From positions 11,099,875 through 11,163,874 of the forward strand of contig OZ316891.1 of the NCBI GenBank assembly GCA_973895155.1: 64,000 nt of DNA, read 5' to 3'. A program made the position numbers and the translations under genes. The notes under the pieces were generated by a model. The model made no database searches. It was not told the DNA's origin and saw nothing but the letters and a program-made list of their open reading frames with translations. This document shows, in pieces, positions 41,244 through 53,674 of this stretch. Numbering within the stretch: the stretch's first letter is position 1; each line of letters opens with the position of its first letter. This stretch comes from Marsupella aquatica. Lineage: Eukaryota; Plantae; Marchantiophyta.

Positions 41244-42699
41244 TCACGAAAAAATGTCTTTTTTCAAAACTTCTCATAAAACTCAAAACTCAACACCGCC
41301 GCGTAGCCCACGAAGCTAGGAGTCCAATACTGAAAGTCAAAATAAAAATAAAAATCTGACGGAAAAGTTATTCAAATTTTGGTCGGGGTGGGTAAAACCT
41401 TGGGAAACTCCCCCGTTTTGACCACCTCGGAGAATAACCAAAATACCAAGTACAACCCATTGTCGGAATCGCGATGTGATTGGTGCGCCGTGTTGCTAAC
41501 TCCAGTGGCAACGTCCTCGCCAAAAAAGAACCAAAAAAGTTACCGTTGGGCGGACAGAATCTTTGTCGGATGGCCGAAAAACAGCTGTCTGTTTTTTGGG
41601 AATATTCCCACACAGTCCGACAGGTCTCACAAGGGGCCGTTCCCCCTGTCCAAGCGGTTAAAATGGAGGGCGGCAGGTCCTGGCACCAAGGAGAACCAAA
41701 AGAGGGAAAGAATGGTTAAAAATAGGCCCTTAAAGGGGGTGATAAGCCCCTTAAACATAAATACAGGTATATAAAAAAGGTGCATAGGCGATGCGAGGCG
41801 GGCCAGGGAATATACGCGTATCAGGCCGGGTTCGGGCCGTGGGCGCAAGTGCGCCTCGCGCCGGGGAGGAGTGCCGGCGAGAGGGAGGGTTGCGAAGGAG
41901 GGCGGGGTGGCAGGGACGGCGAGGGAAGCGGGAGGGGCAAGCAGCTGAAAAAGCGCCGGCCGGCGCTGCGTGGGGAGTCACGGCCGCGGCTGCGGACTCG
42001 AGTACGCGGGAGGAGGGTGAAGGAAAAAGGGACGGGGTCCGGGAGGGGGTATGAGGTGTGTTACCGACGGGATATGTTGTCGAATCACACCGGCGCCGTC
42101 TGCAACTCCAACATTGTAAAAGCTTCCGCTGCATCGTCTTCACTCCGCGTCAAGTGCCAATCCTGGGCTCAAAATGACCGCCTCGCCGCGATCAAACTGT
42201 TAAGCCATAACGCTTTGCGTTTCTTCCACCGAGTCGGACGTCACGAAGAGAAACCCGGTTTAGATGAGACCAAGCTCCATAGCTTGTGAAAAAACCTGAA
42301 CGCCTCCTTCACTCGTCACGTCGTATTCGGTAACAACTCGACAACAATCCAACTACCGAAACGACCAGCTCGCTTCAACCTTCAACTTGAGCTATAATAT
42401 GCGATCCCTCCCGCACCGCACAACTCACACCGTTGAAAAATGCAAACTCTGGTCTCTCCCCCGAAATACCGTCGAACACAAATAAACCCTGAACGGCGCA
42501 AACTTCAATTCCTCTGCACCACGGATACCGATCAGCGAGTTCTAACTATCGTTAGAAAGCCCTCTCACTAACCTATCCGCACAGCCACACACATTTGAGT
42601 CTAAAGCGACAAAACTCTGAATGTACCATCGACAATGAACGCTGGAAAAACTTGTCACAAAAAAACCTTGTGACCTCCCAGGCATGCTCTGATACCACT

Positions 42700-43045
42700 T
42701 GTTGAGCATAGACGACATTCACAACGGCAAGCCCATGAACCATCCAATGCACAAGAGTTGACACAGAGAGATACGTGGTTCACCTCCACATGAGGCTATG
42801 TCCACGGGAACACACAAGAGCTTTACTGCACTCTAGGCCGACCGGCCATACCAAGCATTCACAGCACAAGCTCTCCCTATCTCTCAACTAGCTCTGTAAC
42901 AATGGGCCTAAGTTCCACCAGGGTCTGGCATCAGCCCTGGCTATATGCACAATAACACTACCGCTAACATTAGCTAAGTCCTAAGCCGAGTTAGACTAAT
43001 TGTAGTTAGCTCATGAGTCAACAAGACTAAGAGCAATATCTAACA
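42700..43045 (-). repeat. 5' LTR of the copia element
   Basis: TGTTG...TAACA, next to the PBS. Confidence 0.96.
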
Positions 43046-43050
43046 GTTAT

Positions 43051-43525
43051 CAATAGCTGAATTTTAGAATTTCAGCTAAGGAATTGAGATGGGGACTTCG
43101 AACCACGTTGACTCAATCTCAGCTGACCTCGCCGAGATGGGCATAAGGACCAAAAAAAACCGGAAAAAAAACCAAAAATTTTCTCAAAAAAAAAAAAAAC
43201 TCAATTTTTTTTCTCTCATCTTGGCTGGCCTCTATGAGATGGGCGTATGGACTGAAAAAAACCAAAAAATAAAAAACCATAAATTTTTCAAAAAAAATAA
43301 AATCTCAAAATGTTTTTCTCCCATCTCGGCTGGCCTCACCTAGATGAGGTGTTTGTACGGTACAGACTCCCCATGGCGAAAAAACTTTTTTCCTCAAATT
43401 TGAAAAACAAATTCAATTTTTTTTCTTCATTTTTTTTCTCGCACTGTAACTTGGCGGCCTCTTTGAGATGAGGTGACAGTTGATATCAAATAGATTGATG
43501 AAAGTGATTGATAACTGATGAGATT
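43051..43525. mobile_element. MITE-like DNA element with internal repeats of about 100 bp; its left TIR (starting at 36401) is split by the copia insertion
   Basis: Removing the copia element restores AATATCATCAGTTATCAAT, which matches the reverse complement of ATTGATAACTGATGAGATT (43507-43525) at 18/19 positions. Internal units CATCT(C/T)GGCTGGCCTC...AGATG followed by A/T runs occur at about 43116, 43217, 43322 and 43450. Confidence 0.7.
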
Positions 43526-43822
43526 AACTATCTCCTTAATTTCTTAGCTTTGAGACTCCCTAATGTATGACCTCGGTCAAGTGTACTAGCATGGTTTGAA
43601 TATACTCACAGGAAAATCTATTGAAGATACCGTTCTATGTGGGCAGGTTACTTGGTGGAATTCTCACTCCTAGGTTCTCTCCCATGTGTCACATTCCTTC
43701 CACCAGGCTGGGTTTGTGCCCAATAGACACTCCATTGATTGTGGTGCAGAACAAATGTGCTTATGGCTGTTAATTCAGCAACATTGGAAGAACATCATCC
43801 TTCACACACATTTGCATAGTGC

Positions 43823-44169
43823 TGTTGAGCAAAGATGATATTCATAAGAGCAAGCCCATGATCATCCAATGCACAAGTATTCAACAAAAAAAACATGTGG
43901 TTCACCTCAATTGAGGCTACGTTCACGGGAACAGACATGAGCTCCACTGCACTGTAGGCCAGTCAATCATACGAGTCTCTACAATACGAATTCTCCCTAT
44001 CTCACAATTGACTCTATAACCATGAGAGCCCGAGTTCCTCTTATCTAGACAAACACTGCTTGGGGATATAGTGTGCAATATGACTAAGTAACCTAACCAA
44101 GTTTGTGATGAAGTTAGCCCTTACTATATTTACAGTCGTAACTCTAGACTTACGAGTAGACGCCTGACA
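43823..44169 (-). mobile_element. Solo LTR related to the neighbouring copia LTRs
   Basis: 347 bp, TGTTG...TGACA, with TSD AGTGC at 43818-43822 and 44170-44174. It shares GCAAGCCCATGA.CATCCAATGCACAAG, GTGGTTCACCTC, TGAGGCTA, CACGGGAACA, ACTGCACT.TAGGCC and TCTCCCTATCTC with the copia LTR, while the other half is diverged. Confidence 0.9.
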
Positions 44170-44784
44170 AGTGCTTGTACAGATTAGGATCATCAATTGA
44201 TGCCTTCATCCATTCAGTCACATTCATGCATCAGCCAGTCTTTGTTTTCCCATTTATTATGATAATTATAGTCAATTTTAGTCCCAATGACTACTTATTG
44301 GCTCCAGCAGTCATGATAGTAAGTGCCTCTCAATCACTTCAGAAAACACTAGAGCTAGCTTTGGCAGATCGAATCCCTCCTGGATTTTTTGCTTTGTATG
44401 TGTGTACAAGTTTATGAGGCATTCGCCCCGTGTGAAGCCACGGAGCAGCCTAGCCTGGGGATTCTGAAATTTTAAGAATGAGAAATAGAGTAAAGTGTAA
44501 GGGGCGGACACTGACGGATGAGACCTTTCCTGTGTAACACTAAACTAAATGGTTAGAAAAAATCCACCCTCTGGAATTACATCTCAGTACCCCCTCTTGG
44601 AGGTGGGTTACCCTACACATTATGTCGACACTCCGGGTTTGAACACCAAGTTGCCTTGACCACCCGCTTGACCATAAAGGAAAGTTCTTGTAATGTCTCA
44701 CATAATGTACTTTGCAACTCTTACAAAAGTATAATGGTCTCTTCCTTCAGGTCAATGCAAGAGCTTATTCAAAGGAGACATTCC

Positions 44785-45028
44785 CTGACATTCCCTACAT
44801 ACTAGTGCGCTCTACCACTGAGCTACAGGCCCTTGATGCCTGCATCCCTCATCAGTTTGAGTGTGGTTCATTTTCAACATCCTCCCTTGAGCCACACTCG
44901 CTACAAGGGAAACTCCTGATCTTTGGCTCTAATGCCATGTTGGAATTGTCAACAGCATGGACCAGCTAGGAATTGAACCTAGGACCACCTGTGTACATCG
45001 TAGTGCTCTACCACTGACATCCCCTACA
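44785..45028 (-). mobile_element. TRIM-like miniature LTR element fragment whose LTR contains a tRNA-like sequence
   Basis: On the - strand the order is an LTR 3' part ending ...TTCCAACA (to 44938), a PBS-like TGGCATTAGAGC (44926-44937), a 58-bp interior, PPT AAGGGAGGA (44880-44888), then an LTR 5' part starting TGTTGAAAATGAACCACACTCAAA (from 44879). The LTR parts carry GGGCCTGTAGCTCAGTGGTAGAGCGC and GGTCCTAGGTTCAATTCCTAGCTGGTCCA. Confidence 0.7.
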
Positions 45029-45339
45029 GTAAATCCAAATAGACTCCAGAAATTGTGCGGCAAAAATTGTGTGCGGCAAAAATTGTGTGCGGCTGGCCTT
45101 TCTATTGCAGTCCCCGGTCCCTTCACTTTGGGTTCTCAGAATTGGCCCTCAATTTCCAGCTTCCCCAAAGATTTAAAACCAACTCCAAAATGTTCAATTA
45201 GCTGAGGCTAGGCCCTCAGCAGTGGAACTTCAATTTTGGCTCCAAAGGTTCACCATTGGGAACACCGCTTCTGGCTCTTCAATTCTGGTTCTCAAAATTT
45301 CAGAACTCCCTGAGTCTCCGAACTCATCCTGAAAGATTT

Positions 45340-45835
45340 CTCGCTCCCTAATGTTTGGATTACTGAATTGGCCCTTGATTCCCAACTTTCCCTACTTTCT
45401 CTGTCAACTGAATTCCATCTCATTCACCGTCATCGAAGCTCGGATTTTCCAAACTGATCCTGTTATAATTCTTACTCCCTAATCTGTGGATTCCTGAATT
45501 GGTCTTCGATTGCTCAATTTTCTTGGTAGACTGGATTTCATTCACCGTCATCGGAGCTCAGACTGTCCGAAATGATCATGTAATAATTCTTTCTCCCTAA
45601 TCTGTGGATTACTGAATTGACCGTCGACTCCCAGCTCCCAGACAAAAACATTTTAACATAAGCATCGTTTAGTGATATCCAAATGATCAGATAGTCCCAC
45701 TATTCTATCTAATCGTGTAAACCAGCCTCAATTTGACTCCCAGCTCCCAGACAAAAACATTTTAACATAAGCATCCTTTAGGGATATCCAAATGATCAGG
45801 TAGTCCCACTATTCTAACTCATCGTGTAAACCAGC
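45340..45835. repeat. Two adjacent tandem duplications (about 120-130 bp x 2-3 and 109 bp x 2)
   Basis: CTCCCTAAT.T.TGGATT.CTGAATTG occurs at about 45345, 45475 and 45593. GACTCCCAGCTCCCAGACAAAAACATTTTAACATAAGCATC...ATCGTGTAAACCAGC occurs at 45626 and about 45735. Confidence 0.85.
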
Positions 45836-47141
45836 AGGGGAGGCCTCAATCCAATACTTCAGGGTTGTCTAATGTGGATCGAGGCCTCAATCCGATTAGA
45901 CATTTCTTCCAGTCCATTCACATGTGGAGTTGATAACCGAACACGAACTCCAAGTAACCATCACCACAAAATAGCATTTTAACCACAATACTGTGCGACA
46001 CAATACTCTGCGACTCAGTATTGAAAGTTGAGTAGAGTGAAGCCACTAGGCAGTGGATTCGATTTTGGTGCTATTTCTATCCATAGCTTTGGGCAGCTCA
46101 GGAGGATTAATGATCTCATGCTCAGTAGGATTCATTGGCAGCCTTCACCTCGATGAAGCCTGTGGCAATTGAGAAGTACTAGATTTACCGATTGAAACTG
46201 TTTTGCAGTGAGCAAATGCGCTTTGGGGTGGCACCTGGACCTTCCCTCTCTTCCTTTATAATACACCATTGAACGACCACAAACCAATACTCGCAATCCA
46301 GAGGGACTCGTCTGCAAACTGAAACTTGTACATTGAGTCTCCTTTGAATGGCTTTTTTGTCGAGTTATACTGGTATGTAGAATCGAAGCAATAAGAACAT
46401 CCAATATTGAAACCACTCTTTGAGACATCACTGCTTCACGCTACCAAACTTTTCCAGCATCCAGTGAAATCCATTGCCTGCAAATAAGCGAAGTGCTTGT
46501 GTGTGCTTGTTCCAGATCAAACTTTACCACCACTGGACACAAGAAACAGGGAGTTCAAACAGTGTACAAACTGACTTATGGCCAAACACCAAAATTTGGA
46601 ATATGGAGCTCAACAGGCACTGAATTTACGAATACACTGGCAGGACATTCAGATTAGAAGGATTTGCATCCGCAATTCATGAGTACAAACTTCAAACCTA
46701 TCTTTCCAAAGTGCGACCAGGAGGTCCTTTCGACCATCACCCACCGATTTGTAAAACAAAATCTCAGAGCAATACAGTACAAGTCAAGACAGGTTTCCAG
46801 CCTCCGGTGGTCTCCCAATTGGGTGAGCCATCTCCCGATTGTCTCCAATGGCTCTCCTCTATTTACGATCATCAACCTGATTCAACTAATTAAGCCTCTT
46901 GGAGCCTCTAGGATTGTAAACAATGCCTTCAACATTCCTTGCAGAAGGCCAGTCATGTGTTCCGCTGGATTTATTTCAACTCAGGCCACAGCATATAATC
47001 AATGGTAATTTAATGTAAACTAATGATCTGTGGGATTTTGCAGTAAATAACCGTACCATGTCCCCTCAAAACAGAACAAGGCTGTAAAAATTGTAAGCGA
47101 CACCTTACCACCTTCTCATAGGAAGAAGGAGCCTCGTATTT

Positions 47142-50100
47142 CTACGAACTGCTAGAAGAGGACGCTCTGTCTCTGCGTGTCAATGGTGAGCCATCTCTTG
47201 AAGAGCTAAATGACACTCTATTAGTCTCTGACAAGTTCTCCTTTTTGGGAGATACGGGGAGTTCCTTTCTCGCGCGTGGGGGCAACGGGGCATGTACCAT
47301 AATGGGCAATGACCACTCCCCCTTTTCTCTCTCTTCTATCAAAAGAGGATGTGCATACTTGCTCCAGTCCACCTTTGGAGGTGATGCTACAAACTCAAAT
47401 CGAAGGATCCATTGCACGGAGATGAGAGGAGTACTAAATGAAGGAGGGCCATCCATTGGAATTGAAAATATGAAATGAGACTGAATCATGTCACATACAG
47501 TTTCAAAGTACTCTGATTGAACCTGTAAAAGCCCAAACAAAGTGAAATAATCATCAGAAATCCTCTCTGCTTTCCTCGTCGTTCTTCAAGTAGATCCTTT
47601 TCATTTAACGGGAGCCTTTGAAGGTATCCAAGTGCTGAGAAGTACAAAAATGTAATTACCTTACTAATCATTGAAGAATTTTTCCGTGACGGATGAATGT
47701 AGGATGGATTTAAGATCTCTCGCGTCTCCAAGACAGCTGACACCTGCAAAGTTATTAAGAGAATTTGAGCCAGCGATTCTGACAAAACTAGGAAGTCTCA
47801 TATTCTGAAGTGGGTAGAGACATATTCTTGACATGTTCCATGGAAGAAATGAGCTTTTTGATTGCAAAGTCAGTCATCCCCAACTGTCCAAAGACAGGAA
47901 TTATGACTACTAGCTCAAACTACGTACCCAAAGAACATAGGTGATGACCAGGTCGCAAAACCCCGTACATCTACTGATCCTAGGCTAGTGGATTAGCACT
48001 ACTCCATCTATGCACATTCTATATCAAGCTAATTAATGTCCACACGCTCATGAATGACTGTTTTCTCGCGAGCAGGCTTTCGCAATTAGCGAGGAATTTG
48101 TTTGTCTAGAGCTCCAAATAGATTCACACAGGCAACTGAAACAAAAGACAGAAGAATATACTTGAGGATTAACTTCAGTAGTGCTAGAAATAGGGAATGG
48201 AATTTGTCTACGTGGTTTCAACACACCTCCAAGCATCGCCTTGCACCTTCTTCTCGTACAAAAGATAATGTCCCAGAGACCTGCTAAGAAGAGGAGTTTA
48301 GTAACCACGGGGCACTAATACTCTAGTCCGCCGTGAATTCCAGAACCCACATAGTCTCTCGGGAAAGAACTGAGTATCAAAGTACACATCTATGTGTCGA
48401 ATACTCTATTGTTAATCTTTGGGCAGAAGACGACGGTGTGTAATAACTACATTTGACATGTGCAGATGTGAGACAAAATGGACCTTATAGCTTAGTGTGA
48501 ACACGCAAATTGAGGTGTAAGAGGTAGTGTTTAGTACCGTATCGCCATAGTAGTACACTGACTCGGGATTTCTTGGCCCGAATCGAACTAAAATCTGATC
48601 ATTGATTCTAATGTTGTAAGTCTTGCCTCGCATGTATCTCACTGAAAAAATCATAACAGCCAGAAGGTATCTTTCAAAGTCATGAAAGTCACATCTCAAA
48701 CGCTTTACTGCTGTACATAGTGCCAGACAATTTGCAAATCATTTAGGTCAGGAATAACATACTTGAGGGTGATGATGGTGGTGAGATCCCCCTTTCTTCT
48801 TCTCTTGCTCCAATAAAACCACCGTCACTCCCATTTTGGTAACTAGATAGCTGTCCATTACTACCCTGTGCCACAGCTTGGAATGAGCCTGAACCTTCGG
48901 ATGCCACTTCCCATGATCCTATCCTTTTATCAAAAGATCTGGATAGTACATCATCCTGTGCCACTGTCATACAATCAAGTTTAGAAAAGTCATACGGCCA
49001 TACTAAGAAGTTACGACTGTGAACAGACCTGAATGTAGATAAATTATTACCAAAAGGACTCGCGCAAAGTTGGGTCAAACATCGAAGATGCTGTAAGCTC
49101 AGCAGATCCAAACACTCCAAATGATGAACGTGCAGGAAAGGACAGTACTAGAATGAGTGAACTCGCTTTCCAAACACGACATCCTATAGCAGCCACCACC
49201 AGGCAACTGCTGAGCGAGACTCCAAAATTACAAAAACCCTAGCCTTACATATGTATGCCTCTACTGAGCTAACATTTGCAGGAGACCCATATCAGTTGAG
49301 ATCCAAGTACAGATGACACACGTCTCTTCAAGACTACTACAAAACTAAAAAAATTACCTTGCTTCTCAGATAGAAAAGCTGCTGGAAGTGCAGAATGAGA
49401 GAGCGCTTTTCGTAACGATGTACTAGCTACATTCTCCTTAGAAGGTGCTCTTGGAGAAGAAACCAATAGAGACCGTTCGAAGTACTGCTCGAAATTCCCC
49501 TTGACAGGGCTACTTGTAGAACTTTCAGATTGCCTACTAATTTTGTCATCATCGGAAAGCAAATCTGCAACATCTGCTTGAGCCTGTGACACGGCCAAAG
49601 TTTAAATATATAAACGATTACAATTTTATAAACTTGAACGTATACAGCGCACAGACATCACAAAACCAGATGCTCAGAATCACTTCCAGGAAACGGAAGA
49701 GTTGTGACCAGAGGATGATACCCAATAAGAATATTCATCTTTCTCTCTCCATTGTATTTCGATCTTGATTGATGAAGGAGGAACAATACCTAGGGAGAGC
49801 CATCACAATTCATTCGTCAAGAAGACTGAGCACAAAACCTAACTAGTAGTAGATTGTACATTAAGGGACAACACGCTCAGCTGAAGCTTCCACAGTTGGT
49901 CAAGTTGACAATCCTACTCGGCCACACGAGCTTTTCCAACAATACTGAGATTCGTTCTTCGAGGTAAGACTCACTGCGCTTGTCCTGAATCATAACCATG
50001 GTCAACTGAGGTTAACGAATGTATTGGCAGCAGTGTTACGAAGGTTTACCAGAAAAGCCATAATGATCCTTGGAATGTAGCTCATCTGCAGTAAGACCAC

Positions 50101-52413
50101 TGCTATATGGCAGAGTCCATACTTGAAACGGAGTCCGCAACTCCTACAAAATTTCCAAAAACCTTTGTTGGCATTTAGAAGACCTTAAAGTAGAAAGGAA
50201 CATAACTACCTACAGAGAAACCTTCATGTTACAATCACAACAGGAAGAGCATTTCACAAATTGCTCCTGAGAACTTGACCTAGCCAAAGGTAAACCTTCC
50301 CCCTCTGACATGCCAAACACACTTAGTATAGAAATTCCGCTGAGAATTCCTCAGGGACTGGCTAGCTTACCACAGGAGCCGTATGTGGCTGGTGCGATGG
50401 TCCATGCCCATTCTCAACGACTGTATCGGTCCATTGTACGCTAACAGTCATATAGTACACATATCGTACAGCAGTACCCTTATAGGACGGTGGCAATACT
50501 TTTGGTAGCATTGTCCTCACCATATCTGATGCGATGACACACGGATATCGAAATTAGAGAGAATTTGATCATGGGTTCAGTTAAAAGATAGCTTTTCAGA
50601 CCCGTACAATCTGCTCCTCAGAGATCTGGGCCTCTGTTTTGCTGTGAGCAAAGAATCATACAATTGCCTGCTCGAAGTACTTGCATTCATTGGGTTTCAC
50701 CAAGTTCACAAATAAAGGAAAGGTTTTTCTCCATACATTTGAAACTACCATCACTGAAGAAACTCAAAACATATCAGCTAAATTCTATCCCTAAGTCTTT
50801 AAAAAGTCTTACCAAGGCACAAAGGAAACACCACAGTAAACCTTTAACTGGTAGAAGTCAAACCCTACGTTGACATGTCAAAGTTGTCCTTAACAATATA
50901 TAACTCAGCCAACTCAGCCAGCTCAGCATTCTCTGACACTGACGCGAACAGACAACAATTCTAGTTGGAGTCACAGAGCTCTGCGAAAAGACTTTCTATG
51001 GTCACTCAGAGACTGAAGTATCATTAGACTCCAAATTGCGGAATTGCTGAAAGATTCAAAAGCATCCAAGACACTCTTTGATTTATACGCCAGAGTTGAG
51101 ACTACCTACATGTTTTGCTTTCACCCAATCCAATCAAGACGTTCGAGATGACTGATGTAGATGATGTCTCCAAAATGGTTCGCTCTCCTGCCACAAACTA
51201 ACAACACGTTAGGAAATAACTTTAAAAAACAGACAAAAATAGAGAAGGGACAACAAGATGTCTTCATGGGACGTGCCCATTCCCTCTCATAAATTTGAAA
51301 GGACTCTAAAGCAACAGTGGTATTAATCCCAGAAAAGGCTAAATGCAAGAGTAATCATAATGATAATTAGCTGGTCGACAGTAGCAGCATGAATATCTGA
51401 GACAAGGGAAAGTTTCCAAGGATGTTGTCCAGACTTCTAACGACAGGGTTTAATATTGCAACCAATTGTGAAATGGATCTTTTCCCAATGTAGGCACCAC
51501 AACAAGTCGCCCCAGATAACATTTTCATTCTGTCCCAAGGCAACCAGTAGCAACTAGCGACATAGAACCTTTGTCCCTGACATCTAAACACGATTGGTCG
51601 TAACTCCGCTCAGGGTGCATTCCCCTAACTGACCCACATCAGAGAGTAGCGGATTTAGGTTGCGTTTTGGAGACAACATTGCTCTTTTTCTACCTGAGGT
51701 CATCAAATGTCCAACAAGAGACTAATCGTTAATACCCCTTAATGAACGACAGGTTCAATGAATCGTTGAAGGAATGAACAGCAACGATGTACTTCGTTCG
51801 CACAATCATTCTTTCCTCTGACTGCTTGGGTTGAGCAACCAGAAACTAAATCAGAAGACATTTCATACAAACCCGAGGAGAATGCGGTAAATCCCGGACA
51901 TCAATTGCGACAATTGAAGATATGAGATGTGGTTCGGTAGAATGGCGTGCACTAATCTGGGATACAGCATTGCGTGACATTAGGAAAGCAGGGACCGAAG
52001 AGGAAAAGCAGACAAAAAATGACAATGGAGTATAGACCTCTGCGTTGCTTCGAGCCAGGAGGTAAGCGGGGGGTGACAAGCCATTGTGGATCAACTCTCT
52101 CGATTCCTTTGACTTCCACCCTCAAATCCTCCATGAGAACTGCATCTGCAATGCTCCTCCCTCCAGATTCAGAGGCCCCCAGCTTACTTGAGGCACGGAC
52201 ATCGTTACCCAAATCGATTGTAGCCACAACCACGTCTCCGGGTCTATAAGCTACTTTGTCCATTGTGACTTGAAGAGTTGGTGGAGTGCGTGGCAACATT
52301 CGTGAACCAGGATTCCGCCTCGGAGACGACGGTGCTGGGGTCTCCAATCCATCCTGAGATTGAGATCTCCCCCTCTTGAAAAAGGGGAAGACCTCCGGGA
52401 TCGAATTCCACAT
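47142..52413 (-). CDS. RGP1: RGP1-family protein (Ric1-Rgp1 RAB6/Ypt6 GEF subunit), multi-exon
   Basis: ATG at 52413. Exon 1 encodes an arrestin-like N-terminus (TLQVTMDKVAYRPGDVV...EVKGIERVDPQW). An exon near 50372-50525 encodes VRTMLPKVLPPSYKGTAVRYVYY. Later exons encode YNIRINDQILVRF, RRCLEVSAVLETRE and FSIPMDGPPSFSTPLISVQWILRFEF...WSLPIMVH. The stop is at 47142. Not all internal exon borders were resolved. Confidence 0.85.
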
Positions 52414-53641
52414 CTCCAAGAACCTCTATAAGTCCATTCCCTGTCTTTCTATCTACTGCCCCTTTGATCACTGAAACGCTTTCCCCAGCCAGGCGAATCA
52501 AAGCTTCTTCCTCTCCATAGTGAAGACAAAGTGAATCGCTCGCTTGCTCCCCGCATTACCCAATGCTTACACAGCAACAGGCTCCGAACGCAGTGAGTTA
52601 GGTCTGAAATCCTCGATGGTCATTACCTCTCAATCGAAGTAGTGCAGCAGACCATCCTGTCTCCTCTCCGCTACGACCAGCTAGATTCCGACAGGCGACG
52701 TAGACTGGACGATCACAGATCTCGACCTTTCCTCGCGCAAGACTCCACATATCCATGAATCCTGCATCTTGCAAATCTGTGCGCCACCTGATTCTCTTCG
52801 CACCACCTGATTCTCGAAGCCAGAAAACAGCAGCAGCAGCTGCATATCCCGCGCTTCCTCAAACTTCAGATCAAAGTAGCATATACCAATGCTCCAATTT
52901 CTCCCTGGAACAAACCCACTCACTGAAAACTCTGCCCCTCAATCCAATATGCCTCCTTCCGTCCGCAACCAGATTCTCCTCAAAAGATAGCTGATCACTA
53001 GCTCCTCCTCTATGTCCTGCTCTACCCGTCGCCCTCTTCCCTGGCTCTCTCCCTCCACCTCGTTCGTCTCCTCCTCGCGGACTTTCGTCCCTTTCTCCCC
53101 TCCAAAAAGGAACAACAGCAGGACGATAGGACAGCTTACTGATTGGCTACAGTACCTACTGATTAGCTACAGCTGTGCGTTGTCACACTACTGAAACCCT
53201 CCGGGGCGATCGTCAGTCATCACTCAACCACCGCTTCTTTCAAGTGCGCTGGGAGTTCCTTTCCGAAAGCGCTATGCAGTGTAGTCCTTACCCAACACAA
53301 CCAGCGACAATAATAAATTCCCACCAAAGAAACAATTCCTCTCGCCGAGAAAGCACGATGCACAAATCGACAAGTATCATTCTCTCTGCGACTTCACACC
53401 ATTTCTCTTCTGCATTTGACACCGTCAGCTCACTGCACGACGAGTTTGACCATCTCACACGGACCACCGACAACTCTGGCGAAACCCTTGCGATTTATGT
53501 CCCATCATATTATATCACTTCATATCATATCATATCATATCATACCGCACACTAGTTAAAACCGGGCTCAAGGCTCAGGATTTCCTCTGGCAGAATGATG
53601 AGACCTCATGGGAAGAACGAAGACGACCACCACTGCCCCGA

Positions 53642-53674
53642 GAGGAGGAGGAGGAGGAGGAGGAGGAGGAGGAG
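53642..53674. repeat. (GAG)n microsatellite
   Basis: About 10 consecutive GAG units read directly. Confidence 0.9.

Larger units (their letters stand above)
36416..43045 (-). mobile_element. Full-length Ty1/copia LTR retrotransposon, coding region decayed
   Basis: The two TG...CA LTRs are 36416-36755 (340 bp) and 42700-43045 (346 bp). The TSD is GTTAT (36411-36415 and 43046-43050). The PBS is TGGTATCAGAGC (tRNA-iMet type; 42686-42697, - strand) and the PPT is AGGGGGAGTT (36756-36765, - strand). Domain order is gag-PR-IN-RT-RH. Confidence 0.97.

Noticed and set aside
41751-42289. Extra (env-like or antisense) ORF in the copia leader
   Set aside because: The translations are low-complexity Arg/Gly/Pro/Ala sequence, as expected from the GC-rich block.
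44801-45016. Functional tRNA gene
   Set aside because: The 5' and 3' halves are in permuted order, separated by PBS/PPT sequence, and no anticodon arm can be formed. I treat it as a tRNA-derived part of a mobile element.
13128-52413. CCDC93 and RGP1 as a trafficking gene cluster
   Set aside because: Both act in endosomal/Golgi traffic, but they are about 28 kb apart with unrelated sequence between. There is no evidence beyond chance.
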